A program made the position numbers and the translations under genes. From contig OX597829.1 in the NCBI GenBank assembly GCA_951406725.2, positions 37,758,001 to 37,822,000 on the forward strand: DNA of 64,000 nt, read 5' to 3'. This document shows positions 1-13,309 of the stretch, piece after piece. The notes beneath the pieces are model-generated. The model worked only from the letters and a program-made list of their open reading frames with translations, was not told the origin of the DNA and made no database searches. This stretch comes from Octopus vulgaris. Lineage: Eukaryota. The stretch's first letter is position 1. Each line of letters begins with the position of its first letter.

Positions 1-859
1 GATTGATTATTATTGATGCATTGTCATTCAGAGGTGTTGCCATCCATGCTTTGCTTGGCGCTGAGAGTTGGTGAGCCCTTTAGAGAACTTTTACTTCACC
101 TAAGGATATGTTGAACCTAATCTTTACTGCCAGTGCCCACACAACATATGGGTGTATATATACACACACACACACACAAAAATAAATAAGAAGTTAAAAA
201 AGTTGAAAGATGATAGCCACACACACAGTCCTACTACAACATCACACACACACACACACACACACTACTGGGTGGCTGTTGACTTTCCTGAGTTTCTCCA
301 CCCCTTTTTGACAGGTCTTGTTTTTCACCCTGCAGGGTATTCAATAAGCACCCTCTTTACCAAGCAAGCCCGGTGGGGGTCACCAGTTTAGTCTCTGACA
401 ACCTGACAGGTTGTACTGTGTTACATATTGCCAGTAGCACTCAAGAACAACCTGACACTCAAAAGTGACCTGACCTCCATATTTTCCACTAACTATTTCT
501 GAGAGAGTCATGGAGGTAAAAATCCTCAGGCACCGCTTCCACAGGGTCCAATCAGAAGCAATTGTTATTACACTTTCCAGCAAGATTCCCAAGCCTGACC
601 AACTGGGAATCTATGGTCAACTCCCAGGTCTCCTACCAGTTAGTTCAGCTTGAAGAGTCCATATTGCAATTCTTTCCTTTAACCTTGTAATTACATTTCA
701 ATAGTTACTGGAATTATGACTACTCAATGCAGAAAAGCAGTGGCTCACTCTGAAAAGACACTGATCTCTGGGTTATATATATACATCCTGTTGAGTAACT
801 TTCTTTCAGAGATTCTTCAGAGGAACCCTATCTTGGCCATTTGTATGTGCAATTGTGCT

Positions 860-1950
860 GTTTCAAATATTACCCAACATTTGTGACTATAGGTGAGGAC
901 AGGCAACGGAAACCAAATTGAAGATAGCAATTTTGTCTTTTTTTATCAACTTCTCCTCTGAGGATCAAATACTGGTGCTTGCACATTACTATGTGTGCAT
1001 CTGCTATTCTAGTGTCCAATTCAACTTACTGCTTCCCATTACTCATGAATACAGCCCTGAGATACTTGAACGTCTCCACTTGGCTCAGTGATATTCCAAT
1101 AACATGTAGAGTGTATTGGAAAGACTTTCTTGAGAAGGTCAATGTCTTGTCTCAGTCTTTACAACATTAATTCTCTTCCTCGCTTGGCAGCTTTCACCAA
1201 CGAACCTATTCAATGCATGCTGGAGGTCATCTTCTGATGAGTCAAGTAGCACACTACACACTATAGCAGCCAATGAAAGCTAAACACTGACTGTGATGCC
1301 ATTTCCATAAGAGCTGCACGTGTCAATCCAGTTCATAAAAATTATGAAAAAGTATACACATTCCTGCTGAGGTTCAACTGCCATGTTGAAAGATTTTGAC
1401 TTATCACCATTTACCCAAACATAAATGTTCAGGCATTCATATAGGGACTTTGCAGCATCCAAAAGTTACTCATTAAACTCAAAATCATGCAAAGCCCTCC
1501 ACAGCATGTTTCATGACATTCAGTGGAAGGTTTGGCATGACATGCAATCACATGTCTTTCCAAAGTCTACAAAGCCTTTAAGCAATATTCCCACAATTTC
1601 TGGAAGACATACCATGAGTGAATATCTGGTTGGTTGTGCTGTGTCCAGGACACAAACCATACTGTACTTCAGTTTGGGATTGACAATTTCCTTACATTTC
1701 TTTTTCAGGTACCTAATGTACAATTGGAGATGCTCAACGATGAGATTCCTCAACAAAGAGATTCATCTATAATTAAAGTACTTTTTTTAATTGGGATTAC
1801 CATCCCAGATTGTCATTGCTTTGGTATCTTTTTCTAGAAGTGCAAGCCACCTGGCATACACAAATCAGCCAAAGACTACCGTCTGTGCTTAAAGTTTTTA
1901 ACATCTAAAGCAGGCCAAATTTCTTCCTCCTCAGTGACCTTGCCACTTTG
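860..1950 (-). mobile_element. Highly decayed RTE-type RT fragment
   Basis: Minus-strand remnants GFVDFGKTCD, VWVNGDKSKSFNMAV..QQECV..FIIFMNWI and VETFKYLRAVF, with many disablements. Confidence 0.7.
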
Positions 1951-3035
1951 TAGTGCTTACCCGGCTGAAACCGGCTCTGGCTCTGAGTACAAATGTCTTG
2001 TTTTCATGAGTTTTGAATTAAAATCTTCCACCAAACCTTAGTCACAATTTATGTTCCTAACACTAGCTTAATGATACCAAAATATTTTACTAAATTCTTT
2101 GTTATATTTAAAGTAATTGAAAGAAACACAGAGCATCTCAAAATAAATACAGTAACGAAAGGGTTAATCACCTTTATGATTTCAGCAGGATTTTGTGCTC
2201 TGCTCAGTAGCAAAACACATCGAACTATTGTAGAAAGCTTTTAATCTTTTGATTATGTACTGTACCACTTTCACCTTTGCCAAACCCAAATAAATCAACA
2301 TAGTTCTAAAGATCTTTTGAAATTCCAAATCATAACAGGTCATTGCAAAGATGGGGGAGGTATAATAAAAAGAATTTTAACATGAAATATTACTTTCTGA
2401 TGATTAGATAAAAAGACCATATATTTTTGGTTAGGAAAGAGTAAAAGAATTTGTATACATCTTTTTCAAGAAAAAAAAAATGTTTTAGTAGCATAATTTA
2501 GAATTTAAACTGCTTCAACTGAAAATGAAAACAATAATAGATTTTAATTTTGTTGAGAAACACCACTCTTTCTATAATAATTTAATTGCTATAGTTTTCA
2601 TGACGGCTGAGGTCTGACATAGTCATTTTAATAGATAAGTTGTTAAGAAAAAATCAGAGTTTAAAACAAAGCACATAATTACTTCTGACAAAAATGCATG
2701 GACTTTACTAGCTGACTTGAGTAGTTTAGTTAAGTCATTACTTTTATGATCAAATATGCCAACATCACAGAAAGCATTTATGACACAAATCTACCAACAT
2801 CATAATACATTTATGACGCAAATCTACTAACAGCACAGTTGACAGTAATCACATTGTAATCACCAGCCATTTATAACAAAATTAAACTAACATCTTAAAT
2901 GGCAGTGATCAAACTTTAATCAGTAGTTATTTATGATATATAAGGCCCAAATTCATGACTGATAAAATAATTAAATCTACCACTGACTAAAATACATCGA
3001 AAAATCAAAATTAGGTACAGAAAAATTATACTAAC

Positions 3036-3159
3036 TCAGGCTCTGTTGTTACGTCTGCAGCAATTTCTGGACTGAAATGGTGCTTAGGTGATTGATCACC
3101 ATCTTTGTCTAGTGGTTTCGCAGGAACTGCAATCTGAGGTTCATCTGCCCAGGTCACTA
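3036..3159 (-). CDS. Internal coding exon ((V)VTWADEPQIAVPAKPLDKDGDQSPKHHFSPEIAADVTTEP)
   Basis: Acceptor tttccaaatag|tag (NAGNAG), phase-1 start matching the 10335 donor, open frame, donor GA|gttagt (phase 2). Confidence 0.8.
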
Positions 3160-3731
3160 CTATTTGGAAACACACACACATAAAAAAAAAAAAAGGGAGA
3201 GAAAGAAAAATAAAAAAAAATAATAATACAGCATAACTAATTGTTGTTAATTGAACAGATGAAAAACATAATAATACAGGTTTTCACAGTGAGACATCAA
3301 TTTTTATCTTTTACTTGTTTCAGTCATTGGACTGTGTCGAAAGATTTTAGTCCAATTCTAGTACTTACTTATCTTTTAAGTTTGGTATTATTGGTGTCTT
3401 TTACCAACCTATTAAAATAAATAGTACTAGGGTCACAGAAATCAACTTCCCCCTCCTCTCCAAAACAGCTGGTCCAGAGGCAAAATTTGAGACTGTTATT
3501 TTCAAACCCATTGACATGTACAAATGAAACCACAGTTCAAAAATTCCTGTTTATCTCATATAAATTAACACATTAGAAACTACATTTCTAAGTTGTATGA
3601 ATTCATATTAACACTTTTATGATTTTATGGCACAAAAACAAAAACAAAAAAAAAAAAACTAGACTATTCATACAGAAATACATGTCCACAGTTGTCCTGT
3701 TTTCTCCAGACTATCAAAGTGCCTTTTGAGC

Positions 3732-3964
3732 TTAACCATTTAGCATTTAAACCAGTGATATCCGGCCAGACTATTCTACCTGTTTTATGTTCAAACTGGC
3801 CATATACAACTTTCACAACTACTCTACAAGGCGCTTTCAAAAAATAAACAAAACAATCACATCATTGAAATCTTAAAGCTACAAGATAATGCATGACTAG
3901 TTAATAACAATGTGAGTAAATAAGCACTGCATTTGAGAAACTAATCTGAATGCTAAAGGATTAA
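3732..3964 (+). mobile_element. TTAA-flanked (piggyBac-type) MITE; further copies at about 55260..55480, 59383..59595 and 61821..62040 (reverse); related elements at 1955..2167 and 3961..4190
   Basis: Termini ttaacc(a/c)tttagcatt ... aatgctaaagg(a/g)ttaa and an internal sequence shared among copies. Confidence 0.7.
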
Positions 3965-5009
3965 CCATTTTGATAGCAACCCACCTGGGATTCTCCTTGG
4001 TTCTATGAGACAAACTTACTGTTTTAAAGTGATCTACATTAAAACTTTCAGTTAAAATTCCATGTTAATTTATGTCTGAAATGTCAGCTTAATAATGACA
4101 AAATTGTTTTAATAAATTCTTTATTATTTTCAAAATTAACTGAAACAAAAGCAGAATATTTCTGCAGAAATATGGAAGCAAAACAATTAATGACATGTCA
4201 GTTTTGGGGAGAATTCTTGAGTCTTGAGATTATTACCACTTCTCATTTGGAATTGGTCACAGCTACCATAATGGATTAATTAATTCTTTTCTTGAAGGGA
4301 AGATAATTCCAATAAATCATGGTTTTATTTTGTATGGTATTTCTTATACCTTTATTCATCATTACTGTCTATATTCAAGTTGTTAGTCACTGAGTAATTT
4401 CTCTTAGTTCATCCTCTGTTTATACGTATCTATATAGAAACACACACATATCCAACCATTAACATTTTACTGTCCACTTTCCCATGCTTGCATGAGCCAG
4501 GTAGAATTCATTGGAACAGATTTTCTACACTCTGGTGCTCTTTCTGTCACCAACTCTTACTTCCATGTAAGATAATATTTCCCTTTGACCAAACATAGTT
4601 TTACCACTTGTATAATGACATTCACTTATAACTATGTTGTGATGTCCATGCACACGACAAGCTTCTTTCAGTTTCTCTCCACTAAAATCCTCTCACAAAG
4701 GTTTGGCTGACCCAGGGTCATAGTAGAAGACATTTGCCTGAGGTTTGACACAGTGGGACTGAACCTGAAACCAACTGGTTGGGAAGTGAACTTCTTAACT
4801 ATACTGCAATGCCTGTGCCTAAATTACACATACACAGACACAAATACACACTGATGATTTATTGACACTATTCAGTGATTCTTATAGCAGGCATAAGATC
4901 TTTCAGGTGGCAAGTCCAACAATTATTTATTTAACCACTTTGCATCTATGTCATTCAGTATTTGTGCGTAAGAACACAAAGAAAAGCAAAACAAAAAAAA
5001 GAGATGAAA

Positions 5010-5690
5010 ACCTGGAAGTGAAATGATGAATGAATGAGAGGTAGGCAATAACAGGAACAGTGAGGAACATTAACGAAATCCAGACAGAGCAAAGTAACTG
5101 CATTTTCTCAGAACTTACTGGAAGTCTACAACGCAAAACAGAGCCGAGAGGAAAGGATATTAAGGGTGTCTTGCACACTAAATGTATTTTGCTGCTTGTG
5201 AGTTTCACATTTGGCAAAAGTTGGCAGGTTCGGGAGGGTAGATCGATAGAAGATGTTGGGCAAAGAGCAGAATTTCCTTATATCTTCTTTGAAGGATATT
5301 TTCTTCCTTTCTTTACTAATGGACCATTTTACAATTTATTGATCATCATCAAAGTCTGTCTTCCATTCTGGCATGAGCTGAATGCTTTGAGTTTAGGTAT
5401 GGTTTCTACAGCTGGTTCTGCAGTTGGATACCCTTCCTAATACTAAGTTCTTTACAGAAAAGCACCCAGTGTAGTGGTTGCTTTTTTGTTTTTGTGATGC
5501 TGGCAAAAGTAGGATCACTAAGTAACTTCTTGACAAGACCTCTTGACTGAGTAAGGAGTGGGGCTGTGTGGTACCGATAGGGGACAGCTTTAAGTCAGGT
5601 ATTGAGAGGTAAAAGTAAGAGAGAGGGATAGGAACAGGTGTCTTGCAGCAGAGGAGATACACTGCTACTTCAAGTGGAAACAGGTAGAAG
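5010..5690 (-). mobile_element. Possible very decayed LINE ORF2 fragment
   Basis: Coding-like composition with a remnant VLRKCS resembling the CR1-type VLKKCA segment; no splice-compatible frame. Confidence 0.35.
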
Positions 5691-6370
5691 AGATAAAAAT
5701 GATGGTGATGAGGCGTCAGAGTAAACCTTCAAGGTACAAAATGGTGGCTATAAGAGAGAAATAGATCAGAAGATTGGATGGGGTGATTGGGTAGGTAAAT
5801 TCACAAAAGTGCGAAAGGGGATTGAGAGGCAGCTAGAAATGGAGACACCAGTGAACACAATGGATGGTGAACATGGATAGTCACTGATGGTCAATGGTAA
5901 ATGACAGTTTAGAGGGAGGGGAAGGTGGAGGAAATAGAAGTGAGTCAGGGAGATGATAGGTAGCAGCACAGAGTGAGGAGTGTGAGAGGAAGACACAGCA
6001 ACAGGGTTGAAGTTAGAGGTAAATAAGAGGGAAAATAGTGTAAGAGGAGGAGGAGGAAAAGAGAGAGAGAGAGAGATGGAGAATGAGACATACAGACAAA
6101 GAGAGATTTGAACAGTGTGAGTGTGAGGGAGAGATATTCAGATAGAGAGGGAGAATTTTGGGGAGACAGACGCAGATAGACAAACAGACAGACAAAAAAA
6201 AAAGAAGTAGGAACAAACCCAATACTTGATTGGAACTTCATCAACCCACTAAAAAGGCATAAAGCAAAGTTGACCTCAGCAAGATTTGAACTCAAATAGT
6301 AGGGAGGGCCAAGACTAATTCTGCGTTCTGACACACTATCAATTCTACCATTTCATCACCTTATTACAGA

Positions 6371-6373
<3 letters not shown>

Positions 6374-6449
<76 letters not shown>
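6374..6449. repeat. (GA)n microsatellite
   Basis: Seen directly. Confidence 0.97.
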
Positions 6450-6963
6450 TGAGGTACTTGAGTATTGCTAAGACTAGAGGATTTCACCTGGCTGCTGCTA
6501 TTCCAGCTGTTAAACCCATTTTGGGATATTTGCCAACAAGATTTCAGCAAGTTGAAGGTAGACTATCAGATGATATTCTACAGGGAGCTAGCAGCCGGAT
6601 ATGAATGAAAGCAAAAGAAATCCCTTACTTTAAAGAATGTTTGCTGCTTTTGTTAGTTCTTTTTTTTTATAGCAATATATCAGCCTGATGTATGTATGTA
6701 TTTCACTCAATACACATATACACATAAATGTATGTATGTGTGTGTGTGAGAGAGTAATTTTGTACATATTATCTATCTATCTATCTCCTTCCCTCTGTGT
6801 GCATGTGTGAAACAAATGCATGTCTGTGTGGTGCGGGTGAGTGTTGTGTAGGATTGAGCAGGCACTGAACCTAACTTGAAATTGACAACCAGATAGGTGG
6901 TTTATATTTCTGATAATGAAGCCTCTCCCTATCTCTGATATGATGTTGCTAAAGGTAGTGTGG

Positions 6964-7009
<46 letters not shown>

Positions 7010-7430
7010 TGGTTTAAAATGAAACGGTATGAAAGCAAAGTAAAAAAAAAAAAAAAGAAATATATAAAAAGAAAAAAAAGGTGCAGGGAAAAAGGAAGAA
7101 ATTTTTAAAAATAAAAACAGAAGTGGGAAGAGAGAAAATCTCCACCACCACCACCACAATCAAAAGAGTTCAATTTCACATGCATGAAGATGGGGGAGGA
7201 GGCACACAAGGTCAACAATTTCAATGGGATGTTAGTTAATTATATCCACCTCAGTGATCAAATGGTAATTTCATTACTGACCTCTCCCACCATTCTACTA
7301 AAGGCACAAGACCTGAAATTTTAGAAGGGGCTTAATCGAATACTTTGACCGGTATTCGTTCTATCAACTCTGAAAGGATGAAAGGCAAAGCTGACCTCAG
7401 CTGTATTTGAACTCAAAACATAAACAGCCA

Positions 7431-7822
7431 CAGGAGTGGCTGTGTGGTAAGTAGCTTGCTTACCAACCACATGGTTCCGGGTTCAATCCCACTGCGTGGC
7501 ACCTTGGGCAAGTGTCTTCTACTATAGCCTCGGGCCAACCAAAGCCTTGTGAGTGGATTTGGTAGACGGAAACTGAAAGAAGCCCGTCGTATATATGCAT
7601 ATATATATATATGTGCGTGTGTGTGTGTTTGTCCCCCCTAGTATTGCTTGACAACCGATGCTGGTGTGTTTATGTCCCCGTCACTTAGCGGTTCGGCAAA
7701 AGAGACCGATAGAATAAGTACTGGGCTTACAAAGAATAAGTCCCGGGTTGAGTTGCTCGATTAAAGGTGGTGCTCCAGCATGGCCGCAGTCAAATGACTG
7801 AAACAAGTAAAAGAGTAAAAAG
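7431..7822 (+). mobile_element. tRNA-derived SINE family A (internal TA/TG microsatellite, LINE-like tail)
   Basis: A box tggctgtgtggt, B box ggttcaatccc, gcaccttgggcaagtgtc core and tail gcatggccgcagtcaaatgactgaaac(aagtaaaag)n; TSD agccaca. Confidence 0.9.
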
Positions 7823-8200
7823 AGAGAGCCACAAGAAATGTGACAACATGTTTTGTTCAATGCGCTAATGATTCTCTGAGCTTGCCCCTTTAGTGATAAT
7901 AATAATGTAATGATGGTCACCCCCATCAATTTCGGTGTATGAGCATTTAAAGGAAAGGATTAAAAATTATAGAACCATAAAGGGGATTAAAAAACAAGAA
8001 ACTGTATCTGTTTAATGTATGTTGAGTCCAGGTATGGACTTTGTCAAAATGGGGAAACGATGAATTTGGTTCTGCCTGGGATTGGGCAAATGTGATTATG
8101 GATTGCAGGATATAATTCTTTTATTGTTCTGTTTCTTCAACTCAAATTGTTTATAATCATTATCATCATTATTATTATTATTATTAGCATTATTATTAAC

Positions 8201-8233
<33 letters not shown>

Positions 8234-9507
8234 GATAATAATAATAATGATAATAGTTTCAAATTTTGCCACTAGGGAAGCCATTTTGGTGGGAGGGGAT
8301 AAGTTAATTACATCAAGCCCAGTGTTTCACTGGTACATAATTTACTGACCCCTAAAGGATGAAAGGCAAAATCAACCTTAACAGAATTTGAACTCAGAAC
8401 ATAGCAACAGGCGAAATACTGCTAAGCATTTTGCCCAGTGTGTCAACGGTTCTGTCAGCTTGCCGCCTTGATAATAATAATAATAATAATAATAATCTTA
8501 ACTGACTGGAAGTGTTCTCATGTACATTGTTTTGTCTTGGTATAAAAGATGGCCTACAGCAAATATTCTGCTCAATACCACAGATTAGCTGGTCAGTTGC
8601 TTGACCATAACTAGTTGAGCATGTCCCTTAGTGGCTGACGATATGTGCATTTCTGATCATGAGCAGTTAGAGAGCATCATAGCTATGTGTTGAGAGGAAT
8701 TCTTTGGGGTTTGGATAATTCACCTCTGGAAACATATGTGTTTTGTTCAACATCCTTAAACAACTCTTATTCAGAGACCTTTTGAGCAGGATGGGGTACT
8801 CGACCTGAAGAAAATTCTAACTGGGCCCCACTTGCAAGGCATCAAGTTGTAAAACGATTACTTTAAAAACATATTTGTGCAACCCATGCAAGAATGGAAA
8901 GCAGATAAAAAAAGAAATGAACAAATGTGTGTGTATGTGAGAGAGAAAGAGAGAGTGGGGGAGGGGTTATGAATGTAATTCTATATGAAGTCATCTGATA
9001 TGAGACAAAATGATGAGAACAATTTAAAGGCATTAGCACTGGAATGGCATTCAGTATAAATGATCTCTAGAGTTAATTTTCTCTCCAGAAATCTTAAGTC
9101 AACTGTTCCAAGAATTTGCTTTCAATTTGATAATAAACTCTATTCACATTTTCATAATGTGCATGCATGCACATAGAATATGTACTCAACACCATGAAGA
9201 TGAATAAACCATTCTTTTTAATGGAATTTATATTAAATTTTTGAAACCCAACATTTTTTATGCTGATGGGAAATTGCGGATTTTCATCAATATGAAACAT
9301 GACTTTCCAGATATCTAACAGAAATTCTCTGAAAATGTGTGTGTGTGTGTGTTTTGTAAAAACTAGAGACAGCCACCTAAAGAGAATCAAAAGGTCCCAG
9401 GGATTCCAAATTACACTGACTACTAGGAGCAAATGTCTTCAAGCAACATACAGAAGTTCTGATTAAGCTGTAGTTGCTATTTTGATTATATTATTTTTTT
9501 TCCCCCG

Positions 9508-9676
9508 GGCGTAGGAGTGACTGTGTGGTAAGAAGCTTGCTTACCAACCACATGGTTCTGGGTTCAGTCCCACTGCGTGGCACCTTGGGCAAGTGTCTTC
9601 TACTATAGCCTCGGGCCGACCAAAGCCTTGTGAGTGAATTTGGTAGACGGAAACTGAAAGAAGCCCGTCGTGTATA

Positions 9677-9727
<51 letters not shown>

Positions 9728-9940
9728 GTGTATATGTTTGTGTGTCTGTGTCTGTTCCCCCAACATCGCTTGACAACCAATGCTGGTGTGTTTACGTCTC
9801 CGTAACTTAGTGGTTTGGCAAAAGAGACTGATAGAATAAGTACTAGGCTTACGAAGAGTAAATCCTGGAGTTGATTTGTTTGACTAAAGGCGATGCTCCA
9901 GCAAGGCCGCAGTCAAAATGACTGAAACAAGTAAAAGAGT
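9508..9940 (+). mobile_element. SINE family A, full length
   Basis: Near-identical to the 7431 copy. Confidence 0.9.
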
Positions 9941-10334
9941 ATGCTAGCAATAGTGACACTTGTAGAAATTGATTAAGACTTAGCCAGAAAGAAAAGTCTT
10001 AACAAGCTAGTTTACTGTAGAATCAATTTTTCCAGAGCCATAAAAAATAAATTAAAATAAAATAAAATAAAACCTCAGCCCTTTTCTGCAAAAGATGGAA
10101 TCTGCTGACATCTGGATCTATCCTACACTTGACAACAGTCATTTGTTGTAACTTCAGAGGTCACTTAAGTTTGGACAATGACCCAATTTATAACACATTC
10201 ATTTATTTTCCAAATATCTTGGACAAGCCTCACTCGATGACACTGCCATGCCAGTAGAGTTTATTCTACTGAAAAGTCTATTTAAGTGGGAAAATTGTAA
10301 AAAAAAGAAAAAAGAAAGACAGAAATGTATTTAC

Positions 10335-10684
10335 CTTTTGTTTGTTCAGCAATCCCAATTTTGGGAGTTGTTTTAACAATGTACATCCCTTTGGCTTGTT
10401 CAGAGAAGCGCTTAGCTTGGGCTCGTACTTGCTCAGCATACATTTGTTTTCGTAGGAAATGACCAGAAAGAGAGGCTGATAAGTTCGGCTGCTTGCCATA
10501 AGATTTATCTTCACTGTCAGTGTTAGTGTTTTTGCTGTTATTCATTGTTAAAGCCTCCACTGATGAAAGTCTGTAAATCCGAGGTGGAAGAGCAGGTGGC
10601 ATATCCAAATCACCATCAAATTTGACATCTGTAGGTGCACTTTTTTCGGCTACATTCTGATATATTGGAACAGATGACAGAGAG
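10335..10684 (-). CDS. Internal coding exon (SLSSVPIYQNV...PPALPPR...AEQTK)
   Basis: Acceptor taatttttgctttcag|C (phase 2), open frame within ORF 10282..10740, donor AAAG|gtaaat (phase 1). Contains the class II SH3-ligand-like motif PPALPPR. Confidence 0.85.
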
Positions 10685-11440
10685 CTGAAAGCAAAAATTA
10701 ATTTTACCCAATTAACATGATAACACACACACACACACATGGTATATTTTGTGTATACAAATAGCTGTACAACTGCTACTGTCGAGTTTAGAGCTCCACA
10801 TTGATTATAATAATTACATCCACTATGCTTCCAGTAAAGTGGTTAAGCTACCACTATACTTAGTAGTATTACAAGTCATGATATACAAACCAAATGTATA
10901 AGAAATTATGATAAACCCATGTTTATATCATTTGTTCCCTACACACGTTTCACCATTGTGTTTGTCTGGAATTCTGCATTGGATGTTCCAAGTGTAACTA
11001 AATGCTTAGTTACAATGGATCTTCAGGGTACATTCAATAGCATTATGTTACAGAGAACTAGTTTCCTATATCAAAAGATAAAAATCTGTGTTTATCACAA
11101 ATTCTCCTATAGTCATCTAAGAACTTATAAGTCAGAAAAATATGCACCTGTACATTTGTCAGTAGAGTGGTATATAAATCAAAGTATACAATATTATAGA
11201 TCAATTACTGTTGATTAAGCTGATCAGTTTTGTGCTGGATATTAGATAAATGGATGAGAATCTAATAAATGTACTCTTTGGAGAGTGCCCATTTCTTCCA
11301 CACCTGCCTTCTCTGAAGAGTATGTCTATTAGACAATCTAATATCCAGCAGAAAACCAATTGGTAACATCAGCTGTCATGGATATATAATGCTGTATAGA
11401 TTGATTTATACAAAAACACACGCAATACAACATATATATT

Positions 11441-11650
11441 CAATTCTTTATTGCCCACAAGGGGCTAAACACAAAGGGACTAAATCGATTACATCGACCC
11501 CAGTGCGTAACTAGTACTTATTTAATTGACCCCGAAAGGATGAAAGGCAAAGTCGACCTTGGCGGAATTTGAACTCAGAATGTAGCGGCAGACGAAATAC
11601 TGCTAAGCATTTCGCCCGGCGTGCTAACGTTTATGCCAGCTCGCCGCCTT
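11441..11650 (-). mobile_element. tRNA-derived SINE family B (Nin/Deu-domain-like core)
   Basis: Head ggcggcgagctggc...gagttcaaattcc and core gtcgactttgcctttcatcctttcggggtc. 17-bp TSD aatacaacatatatatt at 11424..11440 and 11651..11667. Confidence 0.9.
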
Positions 11651-11877
11651 AATACAACATATATATTAAAATCTGGCGTAGCCGAGATTGTCTCAAAAAG
11701 CATTCAGACTTTCTATGGATGCTACATCATTTGTACAATATGGAAAATTAACTGCTTGTGGGGACGTTGTATTTCATTATAAAACCATAAAATACTCAAA
11801 GTATATTAAGCACTTTATAAGTCAATACTGTGACCTACTGTGTTAGCAGTACTATTAAACCATGTTAAGTTTATCTC

Positions 11878-12077
11878 TCTTTACTCTTTTACATGTTTCA
11901 GTCATTTTGACTGCAGCCATGCTGGAGCACCACCTTTAGACGAGCAAATTGACCCCAGGACTTATTCTTTGTAAGCCTAGTACTTATTCTATCAGTCTCT
12001 TTTGCCGAACTGCTAACTTATTGGGACGTAAACACACCACCATCGGTTGTCAAGCGATGTTGGGGGGACAAACACAG

Positions 12078-12135
<58 letters not shown>

Positions 12136-12297
12136 GATGGGCTTCTTTCAGTTTCCGTCTACCAGAACCACTCACAAGGTTTTAGTTGGCCTGAGGCTAG
12201 AGTAGAAGACACTTGCCCGAGGTGCCACACAGTGGGACTGAACCCAGAACCATGTAGTTGGTAAGCAAGCTACTTACCACACAGCCACTCCTGTGTC
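11878..12297 (-). mobile_element. SINE family A, full length, reverse orientation
   Basis: Reverse complement of the 7431 and 9508 copies. Confidence 0.9.
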
Positions 12298-12486
12298 TAC
12301 AGATTTTTTATAGAAATTAGAGCCAACTCTGATTTTGTTATGACGTTTCATATCTAAATATGTCGAAAATGTGATCAAAGATGGAAAAATAGGATCTTTG
12401 ATCAGATTGCTGTTTACATTAGACGTATTTGGATACGAAATATTGTAACAAGTCAGTGCTGGCTATAATTTCTACAGAAAATCTGT
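12298..12486. repeat. Imperfect palindrome (about 65-bp arms plus an inner hairpin)
   Basis: acagattttttatagaaattagagcca pairs with tggctataatttctacagaaaatctgt; the left arm contains GAAACGTC on the minus strand. Confidence 0.75.
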
Positions 12487-12971
12487 TGAGATAACCGTAA
12501 CAATATAGAAAATACACCAAATGATATTAGTGTAAATATAAAAACCAGTCATGGCTGGGACTCAAAGCCATCCAACCACTATGAAGATCAAGCTCCTTGT
12601 ACATAACATTGTGACAACATTTTTGACTCTAACCAAAACTCCAAGTGTCCAGTAAATTTATTTGTATAAGTAATGACATCAGCTTTCAAGAGCAGAGATC
12701 CCTGGAAACATAGCATCAGCTTCTAAGACCCAAGACAGTGTAATTGTTAGTAAAAAAAAAGAACTCTACACTTTTGGGACATCTCTCCTATGCAAAGCTT
12801 CCATTAAAAGAAATCATAACCCAGAAGTGAGTGAATTCCATCTGAGGTAGTGGTGGTAGTAAATGTAAAGATGAAATCAGTTATCCCTTAAATGTGGGGG
12901 AGCATTGTAAAGCTGTAAACCGTGGGGAATTAGAGACAAAAGAATGCATATATGGATAATGGCTAACCATT

Positions 12972-13309
12972 TGTGAAAGGCAGAGGGTGTTGCCAATTCT
13001 TGCAGTGGAAGGCGGAAGGTGTTGCCAATTCTTGTGGCGGAAGGTGGAGGGTGTTGGCAATTCTTGCAGTGGAAGGCAGAGAGTGTTGCCAATTCTTGCA
13101 GTGGAAGGTTGAAGGTGTTGCCAATTCTTCTAGAAGGCAGAGGATGTTGCCAATTCTTGCGGTGGAAAGCAGAGGGTGTTGCCAATTCTTGTGACAGGTG
13201 GAAGGTGTTGCCAATTCTTAAGGAAGGCAGAGGGTGTTGCCAATTCTTGTGGCAGGTGGAAGGTGTTGCCAATTCTTAAGTAAGGCAGAGGGTGTTGCCA
13301 ATTCTTGTG
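12972..13309. repeat. Minisatellite, about 11 units of 29-32 bp
   Basis: Near-invariant core ggtgttgccaattctt alternating with variable gtggaaggcaga, gtggcaggtgga or aaggaaggcaga segments. Confidence 0.95.

Noticed and set aside
12972-13309. CRISPR-like array or repetitive coding exon
   Set aside because: The spacers are similar to one another and only about 13-16 bp, there are no cas genes, and the context is eukaryotic. Unit lengths of 29 and 32 bp are not multiples of 3, and no good splice sites flank it.
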